From positions 140,489-204,488 of the forward strand of contig CAVTJJ010000003.1 of assembly GCA_963735035.1 (NCBI GenBank): a DNA stretch of 64,000 nt, given 5' to 3'. The notes under the pieces were generated by a model. The model ran no database searches. It was not told the DNA's origin and worked only from the letters and a program-made list of their open reading frames with translations. The stretch is from an uncultured candidate division Zixibacteria bacterium. Lineage in GTDB: Bacteria; Zixibacteria; MSB-5A5; GN15; FEB-12. Positions 1 through 10,555 of this stretch are shown here, one piece after another; position 1 is the first letter of the stretch, and each line of letters opens with the position of its first letter. The translations under genes were made by a program, and so were the position numbers.

Positions 1-372
1 CGTATCATTCGTCGGACCGACAAAGACCACGTCGACCGAAACGTGAGCGGAATCGCGATCGAAGAATTTGACATCCTTCACTACGAACGCATTCACCGTG
101 TCGGCTTCCATCTTCTTGACCTTGGGGATTTCCAGATACTTGTCGTACGTATATTCGATCTGGGCGTATTCGAACTCCTGCTCGTACAACATTACTTTAT
201 CGCCGTAATGCCAGCGAATGGCGGTCTCGGTGATCGTGGAATCGATCTGGCGACGGTCTTCGTCATAATTCTGAATTCCGCCCTTACTTGCGCTCTTGTC
301 GGACGAGCATCCCCATGCGAGAGCGACCAGCACCACGAGAATTGCAAAGGCATACGATCTACTTATTGTCAT
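1..372 (-). CDS. Partial CDS running off the window start: putative lipoprotein (first 124 codons)
   Basis: Hand translation of the minus strand from ATG at 372-370 gives [29 protein letters not shown]... with no stop down to base 1. It has a signal peptide plus a lipobox (LAWGC). It is absent from the ORF track because there is no in-window stop. It overlaps the upstream mutase stop by 14 nt. Preferred over plus-strand ORF 43..516. Confidence 0.55.
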   Translation of the reverse strand, partial: MTISRSYAFAILVVLVALAWGCSSDKSASKGGIQNYDEDRRQIDSTITETAIRWHYGDKVMLYEQEFEYAQIEYTYDKYLEIPKVKKMEADTVNAFVVKDVKFFDRDSAHVSVDVVFVGPTNDT

Positions 373-1933
373 GATATTCACCCCAGACTTTTCGAAAGAC
401 ATCAGAAATTTCGCCCACTGTCGCGTAGGCCTCGACTGCTTCGAGCACCGGCGGCACCAGGTTGTCATCGCCTTCGGCAGCCGCCTGTACCCGCTTCAGG
501 GATTCACGGACCTTAGCCGCGTCGCGCTTGTCTCTTAGAGCCTTCAAACGTTGGACCTGTCGACCCTCAAGTTCGGGATCGACTTTGAGCACCGACGGCA
601 CTTCAGGCTGAGAGGACTTGAACTTGTTGACTCCGACCACGATTGTTTCTTCTCGTTCCACGCTTCGTTGATATTCATACGCCGAACGCCCGATAGCGTT
701 CCGATAATAACCGCTTTCGATGCACTGGATCGAACCACCCTGACGTTCGATTTCAGCCATTTCCGTCTTGATTTTTGTCTCCAGTTGTTCGCCGAGATAC
801 TCGACCAGGACCGACCCGGCAAGCGGATCGGCGCTATTGGTGACACCCGATTCGTGCGCCAGGATTTGTTGGGTCCGGAGCGCTATCTCGACGGCCTTTT
901 CGGTCGGCAGCGCCAGGGCTTCGTCAAACGAATTGGTATGGAGTGACTGCGTCCCACCAAGAACCGCGGCGAGCGCCTGCATGGTAGTGCGAATAATGTT
1001 GTTTTCGGGCTGCTGGGCAGTCAGGGTCGATCCGCCCGTCTGAGTGTGAAAGCGAAGCAACAGCGAACGCTCGTCCCTGGCTCCGAATTGGTCTTTCATG
1101 ATTCCTGCCCATAGACGACGTGCCGTACGGAACTTGGCAACTTCCTCGAACAAATCATTGTGAGCGGCGAAGAAGAACGACAAGCGGGGCGCGAATTCGT
1201 CCACCGGAAGACCGGCGTCGAGCGCCGCCTGCACATACGCGATCGCGTTGGACAGCGTGAACGCCACTTCCTGCACCGCGGTGGCGCCCGCCTCGCGGAT
1301 ATGATAACCAGAGATGGAAATCGTGTTGTATTTCGGCAGATGTGGTTTGGCGTAGGCGAAGATATCGGTCACGATCCGCATCGACGGTCGCGGCGGAAGT
1401 ATGTAGGTCCCCCGCGCAATGAATTCCTTCAGTATGTCGTTCTGGATCGTTCCTGAAAGCTGCTCCGGAGCGACACCCTGCTTGCGGCCAACCGCGATGT
1501 ACATGGCCAATAGAATGACCGCCGTGGAGTTGATCGTCATAGATGTGGACACTTTGTCCAGCGGAATGCCGACAAAGAGACGTTCCATGTCTTCGAGCGA
1601 ATCAATGGCCACGCCGGTGCGGCCAACTTCTCCGCGTGCCAACGGATGATCAGAGTCATACCCTATTTGGGTCGCCAGGTCGAAAGCGACTGACAGTCCG
1701 GTCTGCCCTTTTTCGAGCAGGTAGCGGAAGCGACGGTTGGTTTCCTCAGCGGTACCAAAGCCGGCATATTGCCGCATCGTCCATGGACGGGTCCGGTACA
1801 TGTCGGGATAAACGCCGCGCGTAAACGGGTACTCGCCGGGTCTTTCGGAATGGTTGACCGGGGCGATGTCGGCCGAAGTCAAAACCGGCGGAATCTCTAT
1901 TCCCGAAGTGGTAAAGCGCTTACGTTCGGTCAT
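359..1933 (-). CDS. Methylmalonyl-CoA mutase large (catalytic TIM-barrel) subunit, split type without a fused B12 domain
   Basis: 524 aa with family-typical motifs: [71 protein letters not shown]. Tyr in RQYAGF and Arg in IARGTY match the methylmalonyl-specific residues. It ends before any DxHxxG cobalamin domain. Confidence 0.85.
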   Translation of the reverse strand: MTERKRFTTSGIEIPPVLTSADIAPVNHSERPGEYPFTRGVYPDMYRTRPWTMRQYAGFGTAEETNRRFRYLLEKGQTGLSVAFDLATQIGYDSDHPLARGEVGRTGVAIDSLEDMERLFVGIPLDKVSTSMTINSTAVILLAMYIAVGRKQGVAPEQLSGTIQNDILKEFIARGTYILPPRPSMRIVTDIFAYAKPHLPKYNTISISGYHIREAGATAVQEVAFTLSNAIAYVQAALDAGLPVDEFAPRLSFFFAAHNDLFEEVAKFRTARRLWAGIMKDQFGARDERSLLLRFHTQTGGSTLTAQQPENNIIRTTMQALAAVLGGTQSLHTNSFDEALALPTEKAVEIALRTQQILAHESGVTNSADPLAGSVLVEYLGEQLETKIKTEMAEIERQGGSIQCIESGYYRNAIGRSAYEYQRSVEREETIVVGVNKFKSSQPEVPSVLKVDPELEGRQVQRLKALRDKRDAAKVRESLKRVQAAAEGDDNLVPPVLEAVEAYATVGEISDVFRKVWGEYHDNK

Positions 1934-2452
1934 CTATTCGAACTCCAGAAGGGTCATCCCCTTCTCTACCGACTGACCTATTTGCGCGGACATCGACTTG
2001 ATCCTGCCGGGGCTCTTGGCCTTGAGGACGTTTTCCATTTTCATAGCTTCGATCACGACGAGCGGCTCGCCCGCCTTGACTTCCTGTCCCGCTTCAACCC
2101 GGATTTGCACAACCAGACCCGGCATGGGCGCTTTGAAGCGTGTCTCCGCCTGGACCGCGGCACCTATTCCGGCCGCCTTGCGCATTTGAGCCAGAGCAAA
2201 ATCCTCGATCACCAGCGGAATGTCCCGCCCGCGCGTGAAAACCATCCGTTCGCCTACCACCGCGCCACCATTGCTGCGAACATCCGCCTCGAAACAGACG
2301 TTGTCGATCAGAAGCAGCCAGCGGTTATCGCGAAGCTTGTGCACGACCACTTTGCGGGATCTACCGTTGACGGTTACATCCAGATGGTCGGACATATAGT
2401 CGAGGCTGATGTCATACTCCCGATCGTGAACCGTGACCGTGTAGCGCGCCAT
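1934..2452 (-). CDS. Biotin carboxyl carrier protein (biotinyl/lipoyl attachment domain)
   Basis: 172 aa. The C-terminal motif GEPLVVIEAMKMENVLKA contains the canonical biotinylation site (A/E)MKM. The stop abuts the mutase start (1934/1933) and the start overlaps the biotin carboxylase stop (2452). Confidence 0.8.
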   Translation of the reverse strand: MARYTVTVHDREYDISLDYMSDHLDVTVNGRSRKVVVHKLRDNRWLLLIDNVCFEADVRSNGGAVVGERMVFTRGRDIPLVIEDFALAQMRKAAGIGAAVQAETRFKAPMPGLVVQIRVEAGQEVKAGEPLVVIEAMKMENVLKAKSPGRIKSMSAQIGQSVEKGMTLLEFE

Positions 2453-3996
2453 CAGCGTGAACCTCCGAATTTGCGCAGGCCCGATTCGCGATGGAACCTG
2501 ATCCAGCCGGGATTGTTGTCCGACGGACCTGCGTCCGCCGGCGAGACTCGTCGCTCTGTCAGAAGCTTTTCCACGGCCGCGGCGATGGCAGCCCCTTCTA
2601 TAATGAGATCATCGTGGGTGCTGTAATCATTGTCGGGATATTCTTCCGCCAGAAACTTAGTAGAGAAATCCCCTTTGATGAATCGCTCGTTCTGAATGAT
2701 GCTCTGATGCGAGCTGAGGGTCGTCTTGACGCCGGACACGCGGTATTCTTCGAGAGCCCGCCGCATGCGTGACAGCGCCTCGGACCGATCGCGCCCCCAG
2801 GTGAGAAGCTTGGCGATCATCGGATCATAGTAGATTGGAATTTCTGAATGAACCAGGACGCCGGAATCGACCCGCACACCCGGTCCGGCCGGAGTACGAT
2901 AATTGTTCAGCTTGCCCGTGCTTGGCAGGAAACCGGAATCAGGGTCTTCGGCATAGATGCGGCATTCGATGGCGTGACCGCGGAGAGTTATATCTTCCTG
3001 CTTCAGGCGGAGCGGCTGGCCTTCAGCGATGGCGAATTGCTCCTGCACGAGGTCGATTCCGGTGACCATCTCGGTCACGGGATGTTCCACCTGAAGGCGG
3101 GTATTGACTTCGAGGAAATAGAACGACAGGTCCTGATCGACCAGAAATTCGACCGTCCCGGCGCCGACATACACCGAAGCGCGGGCGATACCGAGCGCCG
3201 CCTCACCCATCTTTTCGCGCAACTCGGGGGTCATCACTACCGATGGCGATTCTTCGATTACTTTCTGATGGCGCCGCTGGATGGAACATTCGCGCTCGCC
3301 CAGATGAATGCAGTTGCCGTGTTGATCGCAGAGGATTTGTATTTCAATGTGTCGCGGCGCGGGCAGATATTTCTCTAGAAAGACGCGACCATCACCGAAC
3401 GCCGAAGTCGCCTCGCGACTGGCTGAAGCGAGCGCTTCTTTGAACGCTTCGCCGGACTCGACCACGCGCATCCCCTTACCGCCGCCACCGGCCGCCGCCT
3501 TAACGAGAATAGGATATCCGGCCTGCGCACCGAAAAGCTGAGCGGTGCTGAAATCTTCAGCGCCGATAGCGGTCCCCGGCACTACCGGCAAACCGGCTTT
3601 GAGAGCCATAGCTCGAGCGGCAAGTTTATCGCCGAGAAGTTTGATCGTTTCGGGCTTGGGGCCGATGAAGATAATCCCTTCGTCGATACAACGCTGGGCG
3701 AATTCGGCGTTTTCGGCGAGAAAGCCATACCCCGGATGGATCGCATCTGCGCCGGATTGCTTTGCCACAGCGATGATATTGTCGATGACAAGATAGCTTT
3801 GGTTCGCCGGTGACGGACCGATATGATACGCCTCGTCGGCCACACGCACATGATAGGCGGTCTGATCGCAATCCGAGAAGACGGCGACCGAAGTAATGCC
3901 GCTCTCCTGACAGGCGCGAATCACCCGAATAGCAATTTCGCCTCGGTTGGCGATCAGAATTTTCTTGATCGGCGTGGGCATGATTCTTCGACCCAA
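2452..3996 (-). CDS. accC: Biotin carboxylase subunit of an acyl-CoA (acetyl/propionyl-CoA) carboxylase
   Basis: 514 aa. N-terminus KKILIANRGEIAIRVIRAC, ATP-grasp glycine loop KAAAGGGGKGMRVV, and EVNTRLQVEHPVTE. About 60 aa longer than a typical AccC, with no biotinyl domain. Confidence 0.85.
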   Translation of the reverse strand: MGRRIMPTPIKKILIANRGEIAIRVIRACQESGITSVAVFSDCDQTAYHVRVADEAYHIGPSPANQSYLVIDNIIAVAKQSGADAIHPGYGFLAENAEFAQRCIDEGIIFIGPKPETIKLLGDKLAARAMALKAGLPVVPGTAIGAEDFSTAQLFGAQAGYPILVKAAAGGGGKGMRVVESGEAFKEALASASREATSAFGDGRVFLEKYLPAPRHIEIQILCDQHGNCIHLGERECSIQRRHQKVIEESPSVVMTPELREKMGEAALGIARASVYVGAGTVEFLVDQDLSFYFLEVNTRLQVEHPVTEMVTGIDLVQEQFAIAEGQPLRLKQEDITLRGHAIECRIYAEDPDSGFLPSTGKLNNYRTPAGPGVRVDSGVLVHSEIPIYYDPMIAKLLTWGRDRSEALSRMRRALEEYRVSGVKTTLSSHQSIIQNERFIKGDFSTKFLAEEYPDNDYSTHDDLIIEGAAIAAAVEKLLTERRVSPADAGPSDNNPGWIRFHRESGLRKFGGSR

Positions 3997-3999
3997 TTC

Positions 4000-5550
4000 C
4001 TACAGCGGAATGTTCCCGTGCTTCTTGGGCGGGTTGGAATCTTTCTTGCTATTGAGCATCTCGAACGCGCGAATCAAACGCGGGCGGGTCGTTTTCGGCT
4101 CGATGACATCATCCACATAACCGCGCGCCGCCGCCACGTACGGATTGGCGAACTTCTCTCGGAATTCATCCGTCTTCTTCTGTATTTCCGCTTCGGGGTC
4201 AGTCGCCTCGTTAATGTCTTTCTTGAAAATGATCTCCACCGCACCCTTCGGCCCCATCACCGCAATTTCGGCGGTCGGCCAGGCGTAGTTCATGTCGCCA
4301 CGGACATGTTTGGAGTTCATGACGTCGTATGCACCGCCGTACGCCTTGCGCGTGATGATCGTTACTTTCGGCACGGTCGCTTCGCAATAGGCATAGAGCA
4401 GCTTGGCACCGTTCTTAATGATGCCGCCGTGCTCCTGATCGACCCCCGGCATGAATCCGGGAACATCCTCGAATGTAACGAGCGGAATGTTAAAGCAGTC
4501 GCAGAACCGAATAAATCGCGCACCCTTCGCGGATGAATTTATATCCAGCACCCCCGCCATCACCGCCGGCTGATTGGCGATAATGCCGATTGATCGTCCG
4601 CCCAAACGGGCGAAACCGACTACGATATTTTGCGCGAATTCCTCGTGCACTTCGAAGAACGTCCCTTCGTCCACCACCAACTTGATGACGTCCTTGATAT
4701 CGTACGGGTGATTCGGATTATCTGGCACGATTTGGTTGAGCGCTTCCGATTCGCGGTCGAGCGGATCATTGGTCGCCATCCACGGCGGATCTTCCAAGTT
4801 GTTCTGGGGAATGTAGCTGAGCAGGCGCTTCAGTTTGTCGATGACGTCCGCTTCGTTCTCGCATGCGAAATGTGCGACGCCCGACTTCGACGCATGCACC
4901 ATCGCGCCGCCGAGTTCTTCCGACGTCACTTGTTCGTGGGTCACCGTCTTGACCACGTTCGGTCCGGTGACAAACATATACGACGTCCCCTTGGTCATGA
5001 GCACGAAATCGGTAATGGCCGGGCTGTAAACCGCTCCGCCTGCACAGGGACCGAGTATGGCCGATATTTGCGGCACAACACCCGACGCGAGCGTGTTGAG
5101 CAGGAAGATATCGGCATAGCCTCCCAGCGACACAACGCCTTCCTGAATGCGCGCGCCGCCGGAATCGTTGAGGCCTATTACCGGCGCACCGACTTTCATG
5201 GCCATCTTCATGATCTTGCAGACCTTCTCGGCGTGAGCCTCTGAGAGCGAGCCGCCGAAAACGGTGAAGTCCTGCGAGAAGATATACACCATGCGGCCGT
5301 TGATCTTGCCGCAGCCGGTGATGACGCCGTCGCCCAGGAATTTCTTGTCGGCCAGGCCGAAATCGGAAGACCGGTGCGTGACGAACGCGTCGAATTCCTC
5401 GAACGAATTCGGATCGACCAGCAATTCAACTCGTTCGCGCGCGGTCAGCTTTCCCTTTTTGTGCTGGTCGTCAATGCGTTCCTTGCCGCCGCCCAGCTTC
5501 GACCGGGAGCGCATCGCTTCCAGATGCTCGAGCTTTTCTTTGAGTGACAC
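4000..5550 (-). CDS. pccB: Acyl-CoA carboxylase carboxyltransferase (beta) subunit, propionyl-CoA carboxylase / methylmalonyl-CoA carboxyltransferase type
   Basis: 516 aa, a length typical of PccB/12S proteins. Motifs: [46 protein letters not shown]. Confidence 0.85.
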   Translation of the reverse strand: MSLKEKLEHLEAMRSRSKLGGGKERIDDQHKKGKLTARERVELLVDPNSFEEFDAFVTHRSSDFGLADKKFLGDGVITGCGKINGRMVYIFSQDFTVFGGSLSEAHAEKVCKIMKMAMKVGAPVIGLNDSGGARIQEGVVSLGGYADIFLLNTLASGVVPQISAILGPCAGGAVYSPAITDFVLMTKGTSYMFVTGPNVVKTVTHEQVTSEELGGAMVHASKSGVAHFACENEADVIDKLKRLLSYIPQNNLEDPPWMATNDPLDRESEALNQIVPDNPNHPYDIKDVIKLVVDEGTFFEVHEEFAQNIVVGFARLGGRSIGIIANQPAVMAGVLDINSSAKGARFIRFCDCFNIPLVTFEDVPGFMPGVDQEHGGIIKNGAKLLYAYCEATVPKVTIITRKAYGGAYDVMNSKHVRGDMNYAWPTAEIAVMGPKGAVEIIFKKDINEATDPEAEIQKKTDEFREKFANPYVAAARGYVDDVIEPKTTRPRLIRAFEMLNSKKDSNPPKKHGNIPL

Positions 5551-5567
5551 CCTCTGTTACCCCTTGG

Positions 5568-6422
5568 CTATTTGGTCTGCCCGGTCAGTTCGTCGATCGG
5601 GTGTGCGATCAGCTTGCCGTCCTGCTCGGTGAATTTCGCGAGCGGCGCCTCGATATCGTGATCGAACGCCATGATGACATCATGATTTACAATGCGCTTG
5701 AGCGCTTCCCGCTTGGCCGCCATTGACTCACGCGGCACCAGATCGGTCGCCGGCACAAACGGCACGCGCATGTGATGCTGCGACGGGAAAATATCGGCGT
5801 AATAGAACACCTGATGTCCTTCGGATTCCAATTCGAGCGCAAAATGATCTTCCGTGTGACCGCCGGTGCTTACCGCCCGGATACCGGGAAACAGCTCCGT
5901 ATCTTCGTCGATGAAGCTGACCAGTCCGGCTTGTTCGAGAGGCAGGAGCCGCGACGAGATATACACCGCCGATGTGCGCTCGTCTGGATGGATCGCCGCT
6001 TCCCATTCGTCACGACTGATGATGTAACGGGCGTTCTTGAAGCGCGGGATATATTCGCCGTCCACCCGCTTTACTACTCCGCCGCAATGGTCGGTGTGCA
6101 AGTGGGTGAGAATGACCACGTCGATATCGTCCGGAGTCAGGCCGAGTTTCTTCAATCCTGCTTCGAGATGGGAGACGCCGTCGGTGTTGTAAACCTTCTT
6201 CTCCCGGTCGGACAACGTATCGCCCAGGCCGGCGTCGAACAGCATATTCTTGCCGTGCGCTTTGAGCACGAACATGTTGACGACCATCGGAATGAGGTTG
6301 TTCTCGTCCGACGGCCATATTTTACCCCAGATTAGTTTGGGGATAACGCCAAACATCGAACCTCCGTCGAGCTTGAACTTCTGCTCGACGAAGGTTCTGA
6401 TTTCAAATTGTCCGAATTTCAT
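5568..6422 (-). CDS. MBL-fold metallo-hydrolase
   Basis: 284 aa with the HxHxDH motif (ILTHLHTDHCGG). The start overlaps the acyl-CoA dehydrogenase stop by 4 nt. Confidence 0.7.
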   Translation of the reverse strand: MKFGQFEIRTFVEQKFKLDGGSMFGVIPKLIWGKIWPSDENNLIPMVVNMFVLKAHGKNMLFDAGLGDTLSDREKKVYNTDGVSHLEAGLKKLGLTPDDIDVVILTHLHTDHCGGVVKRVDGEYIPRFKNARYIISRDEWEAAIHPDERTSAVYISSRLLPLEQAGLVSFIDEDTELFPGIRAVSTGGHTEDHFALELESEGHQVFYYADIFPSQHHMRVPFVPATDLVPRESMAAKREALKRIVNHDVIMAFDHDIEAPLAKFTEQDGKLIAHPIDELTGQTK

Positions 6423-7564
6423 CCGCGTCCTATGACACTGCCGGCAATAACCAGGCGCTGGATTTCCGACGTTCCTTCGTAAATCTCCAGAACGCGCTGA
6501 TCGCGGTAGAGTTTCTCGATTGGCGAGAACTCACCGATATAGCCGTAACCACCGTGAATCTGCATAGCGCGGTCAACACAGAATCCCGCCGCCTCGGAGC
6601 AGAACAGTTTGGCCTGAGCCGCCTGAAGCGAGAAAGGCTCGCCTTTGTCCTGAAGCTGCGCCGCTTTGTAACACAACATGCGGGCCGCTTCGACCTGGGT
6701 GGACATATCGGCGATCATCCACTGGATCGCCTGCAATTTGGCAATCGGCTGACCGAACGCGATACGCTTCTTGGCATAGGCGATCGATTCATCGAGCGCT
6801 CTCTGCGCCACGCCCACGCCCTGCGCGGCCACGCCGATACGGGCGCCGTCGAGCGTCATCATGGCGTATCTGAAACCCTTGCCCGTCTCGCCGAGCAGGT
6901 TGGCTTTCGGCACTTTGACGTCCTTGATGACGATCCCGCCGGTGGTGGCTGCGCGCATACCCATCTTATTCTTCAGGGTGCGCTTCTGCCAGCCGGGCTG
7001 GTCGGTTTCGACAATCAGGGCTGACATCTTCGGAAGACCTTCAATCTTACAGAACAAGACGCCGATTTCGGCGGCATCGCCGTGCATGATGAAAATCTTC
7101 TCGCCGTTGACCAGGTAATGATCACCCTTGTCCACTGCCACGGTCTGAACGTTGGCGGCGTCGGAACCCGCCTGCGGCTCGGTCAGCACGAAGGCGCAGA
7201 CTTTCTTTCCGGAAAGCAGGTCGGGGAGATATTTCTTCTTTTGCTCTTCGCTCGCGAAATAGACGATCGGATAACAGGCCAGCTCGCCCACGGCGCACAG
7301 GAGCCCGAAACCGGCGTCATGATAGCACAACTCCTCGATCAGGGTGATATACTCCATGTTGGATTTTCCCCTGCCGCCGTACTGGGTCGGGGAATTGTAG
7401 CCGATGAAACCGGCCTCGCCGAATTTGCGATACATGTCGCGCGGGAACGGGCGCGGTTCCGGTTTCTGATCCCATTCGACGGATACGGGATAGATGTGTT
7501 TTTCGGCGAACGCTTTGACTTCGTCGCGGACTGCTTGTTGTTTCGGATCAATGTTAAAAGGCAT
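6419..7564 (-). CDS. Acyl-CoA dehydrogenase (short/branched-chain type by size)
   Basis: 381 aa. Motifs: [47 protein letters not shown] (C-terminal ACAD signature with the catalytic Glu in YEGT). Confidence 0.85.
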   Translation of the reverse strand: [381 protein letters not shown]

Positions 7565-7601
7565 TTTTCCTCCTGAACGATATATAAGAATCTCTTCCTT
7601 G

Positions 7602-8021
7602 CTACATTATCTGTTCGTTGCTCTTCTTCGCCTCGACCGCTTTTCTGAGGAAATCGATCGCATCCTCAGTGGCCGCGCCGGGCGTGAACAGTTTCGCCAC
7701 ACCCAACTTCTCCAGCTCTTCTTTGTCTTCGTCGGGGATGATCCCGCCGCCGAACAAGAGCATATCCTCCGCGCCGCGCCTCTTCATTTCGTCGAGGATC
7801 GCCGGAAACAGAGTCATGTGCGCGCCGGAGAGGACCGAGACGCCGATCGCATCGACATCTTCCTGCACGGCGGCATCGACCACCATTTCGGGGGTTTGGC
7901 GAAGGCCGGTGTAGATGACTTCGAACCCGGCGTCGCGGAAGGCCGCGGCGATGACTTTGATGCCGCGATCGTGGCCGTCAAGGCCGGGTTTGGCTAAGAG
8001 TACTCTGATTTTTTTGGACAT
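7602..8021 (-). CDS. Cobalamin (B12)-binding small subunit of an acyl-CoA mutase (IcmB/McmA2-like)
   Basis: 139 aa. [21 protein letters not shown] contains the DxHxxG base-off/His-on motif. SVLSGAH and GGGIIP follow. Confidence 0.85.
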   Translation of the reverse strand: MSKKIRVLLAKPGLDGHDRGIKVIAAAFRDAGFEVIYTGLRQTPEMVVDAAVQEDVDAIGVSVLSGAHMTLFPAILDEMKRRGAEDMLLFGGGIIPDEDKEELEKLGVAKLFTPGAATEDAIDFLRKAVEAKKSNEQIM

Positions 8022-8077
8022 AGATTTCTATCTCAACATCACCACTGGAACATTCATGCATTTGTTTCGAGTAAATC

Positions 8078-9775
8078 CTACGACACCTGCATCGCCGATT
8101 GACTCTCGGACCATTCGCCCCAGACACCCCGGAGCACATCACACATCTCGCCCACCGAGCCGTACACCCGCGCACAATCGAGAATCGCCGGGAACGTATT
8201 CCCCGTGCCGGACGCTACATCGCGCAGTCGATTCAGCGCCGCCTGTACTTTGACATTGTCGCGCCCGGCCTTGATCTTCTTGCAGAACGCCACCTGCGCG
8301 TGCTCCATCGCCTGGTCGATCCGAAGCACCGGGATGTCAACCTTCTCGTTTTCGAGAACGAAATCGTTCACACCTACCACGACCCGCTCTTTCTTTTCGA
8401 TCTCGCGCTGATAGGCGTAGGCCGAGCGGGCGATTTCGCGCTGGAAGTAACCGTCCTCGATAGCCTCGAACACGCCGCCGCGCTCTTCGATCTCGGCGAA
8501 AATCTTCTCCGCCTCGGCTTCCATCTGGTCGGTCAGCGCCTCGACAAACCACGAACCGCCGAGCGGGTCAATCGTGTTGGCCACGCCGGTTTCATAGGCG
8601 AGCACCTGCTGCGTGCGAAGAGCGATCCGGGCCGCCTTGTCGCTCGGCAGCGCTAGAGTTTCATCCATGGAATTCGTATGCAATGACTGCGTACCGCCCA
8701 GCACCGCCGAGAGCCCCTGAAGCGCCACGCGCGCGATATTGATCTCCGGCTGCTGTGCGGTCAGCGAGCATCCGGCCGTCTGGGTATGGAACCGGAGCAG
8801 CCAGCTTCGTTCGTCTTTGGCGTGGTACTTGTCACGCATCCGCTTGGCGTAGATGCGGCGCGCCGCCCGATACTTGGCGATTTCCTCGAAGAAATCAGAG
8901 TGGGCGTTGAAGAAATACGAGAGCCTCGGCGCGAAAGCGTCGACGTCCTGCCCGGCCGCAATGGCCGATTCTATGTACTGGAACCCGTCGGCCAGGGTAA
9001 ACGCCAGCTCCTGTGCGGCGGTCGCGCCCGCCTCGCGGATATGATAGCCGGAAATCGAAATCGTGTTGTATTGCGGAACGTGCTCAGTGCAGTAGGCCAT
9101 CATATCGGTGATGAGCCGCACCGACGGTCGCGGCGGGAAAATATATTCTTTCTGCGCGATATATTCTTTGAGGATATCATTCTGAAGCGTGCCGCGCACC
9201 TGAGAGAACGGAACGCCCTGTTTCTCGGCGACCGCCAGGTACATGGCGAGAAGGATCGACGCCGGCGAGTTGATGGTCATCGACGTAGATACTTTGGCGA
9301 GGTCGATCTTGTCGAAGATGATTTCCATGTCGGCGAGGGTGTCGACCGCCACGCCGCACTTGCCGACTTCGCCGAGGGCGCGGGCGTGATCGGAATCGTA
9401 ACCCATGAGAGTGGGCAGGTCAAACGCAGTCGAAAGGCCGGTGCCGCCTTCTTTGAGGAGCATCAGGAAGCGTTCGTTGGTCTGGCGCGGGTTGCCCATC
9501 CCGGCGAACTGGCGCATGGTCCAGAGGCGGGTGCGGTACATGGTGTGATGGACGCCACGGGTGTAGGGGAACTCGCCCGGCAGGCCGATGTGGCTCCAGT
9601 AGTGTTCGGGGTTGTCACCGTCCTGGATAGAATTCGGGCCGTAGAGTTCGTCGATGTCGACACCGGACACGGTGAAGAACCTCGGGAGCGATTTCTTGCC
9701 CCGGGATTTCGCGGCCTGCTTGTCCCATTCGCGCAGTCGGGCGTTGAGTTTGTCTAGGTGCTTTCTATCGAACAT
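8078..9775 (-). CDS. Isobutyryl-CoA mutase-like large subunit (IcmA-type acyl-CoA mutase)
   Basis: Paralog of 359..1933 carrying RQFAGMG (Phe) and LKEYIAQKEYIFPP (Gln) at the two substrate-specificity positions, plus GLSTAFDLPT. I trimmed the start from the track ORF (9910) to ATG 9775, which is preceded by GGAG (aaggagataaacgagagATG). The upstream extension runs into repeat DNA. Confidence 0.75.
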   Translation of the reverse strand: MFDRKHLDKLNARLREWDKQAAKSRGKKSLPRFFTVSGVDIDELYGPNSIQDGDNPEHYWSHIGLPGEFPYTRGVHHTMYRTRLWTMRQFAGMGNPRQTNERFLMLLKEGGTGLSTAFDLPTLMGYDSDHARALGEVGKCGVAVDTLADMEIIFDKIDLAKVSTSMTINSPASILLAMYLAVAEKQGVPFSQVRGTLQNDILKEYIAQKEYIFPPRPSVRLITDMMAYCTEHVPQYNTISISGYHIREAGATAAQELAFTLADGFQYIESAIAAGQDVDAFAPRLSYFFNAHSDFFEEIAKYRAARRIYAKRMRDKYHAKDERSWLLRFHTQTAGCSLTAQQPEINIARVALQGLSAVLGGTQSLHTNSMDETLALPSDKAARIALRTQQVLAYETGVANTIDPLGGSWFVEALTDQMEAEAEKIFAEIEERGGVFEAIEDGYFQREIARSAYAYQREIEKKERVVVGVNDFVLENEKVDIPVLRIDQAMEHAQVAFCKKIKAGRDNVKVQAALNRLRDVASGTGNTFPAILDCARVYGSVGEMCDVLRGVWGEWSESQSAMQVS

Positions 9776-9930
9776 CTCTCGTTTATCTCCTTGCCGGTCA
9801 GAACATTTACCATAATACAAAGGTCCCGCAAAAGCAAGCAAGCAGGTGTTCTTCCGTGTCGGGCCGGGTCGACGTATCCGCCACGGCCACAAGCCATTAC
9901 GATTCACCATGTACGGTAACTGAGGCGATC

Positions 9931-10514
9931 AATCGGTTGCGGCAGGTCCTGACCGAGTCCGCCACGGGCGGATGAGGTTGTGACCTGCCGCCTTCAGCGC
10001 GACTCAAGCTCGGGTAGGGCAGAACCCTCGCCGCCTCGGCGAGTGGTTCTGCCATCTTCGCGCGTGACTTCCGTAGCGTGGCAATCTCAAATCGGCACCA
10101 TCGGTGCGAGCCGGCAGATGTGGACATCTGCCGGGCACGTGGTATGAACGGCGAATGAGGCGCTATTCGGTTGCGGCAGGTCCTGACCGAGACCGTCGGA
10201 GGCGGTCGAGGTTGTGACCTGCCGCATTCCGCGCGGCTCAAGTTCGGGTAGGGCAGAACCCGCGCCGCTTCGGCGAGCGGTTCTGCCATCTTCGCGCGTG
10301 GCCTCCATAGCGTTGCAATCTCAATTCGACGCATCAGTGCGAGCCGGCAGATGTGGACCCGCCTGCGGCGGGCCGGGCACTCTTCATGAGCGAGCTTCCC
10401 CTCTGTCTTGCCCCGCTTCAGGCGGGGCATCCAGGGCGACAAATCCCACCCGTTGGGTGGGGTACCGAAGAGTGTTGTGCGAGCCGGCAGATGTGGGCAT
10501 CTGCCGGGCACGTG
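9931..10514. repeat. Mosaic palindromic-repeat cluster: two ~234-bp tandem units plus a partial third
   Basis: Unit 1 (~9931-10141) and unit 2 (~10165-10380) align almost base for base. Each holds three hairpins: GCGGCAGGTC...GACCTGCCGC, GTAG-GGCAGAACC...GGTTCTGCC, and GCCGGCAGATGTGG.CATCTGCCGGGCAC. The tail (10381-10514) has further hairpins (CCCCGCTTCAGGCGGGG, CCCACCCGTTGGGTGGG) and a third copy of the last palindrome. Confidence 0.85.
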
Positions 10515-10555
10515 AGAAAATGACCTGTTTCGAACCGAGGCCGAATCTAGCCCAC

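Noticed and set aside
43-538. Plus-strand ORFs 43..516 and 296..538
   Set aside because: The opposite strand encodes a lipoprotein N-terminus with a proper signal/lipobox that is coupled to the upstream mutase gene. The plus-strand translations are low-complexity shadow ORFs.
8786-9757. Long antisense ORFs inside confident genes (for example 8786..9757, 1769..2626, 11966..12991, 22573..23736, 43660..44493, 46378..47049, 48837..49904, 10766..11701)
   Set aside because: These are typical shadow ORFs of GC-rich coding DNA. Each lies fully within a gene that has strong family motifs on the other strand, and none has a recognisable motif or RBS.
9776-9910. N-terminal extensions of track ORFs (8078..9910, 13769..15316, 30233..30919, 61041..63788, 45907..47130, 18397..20880, 15267..16022)
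   Set aside because: In each case an internal start has a Shine-Dalgarno-like sequence and/or begins the signal peptide or a conserved N-terminus. The extension overlaps neighbouring genes, repeats or a terminator.
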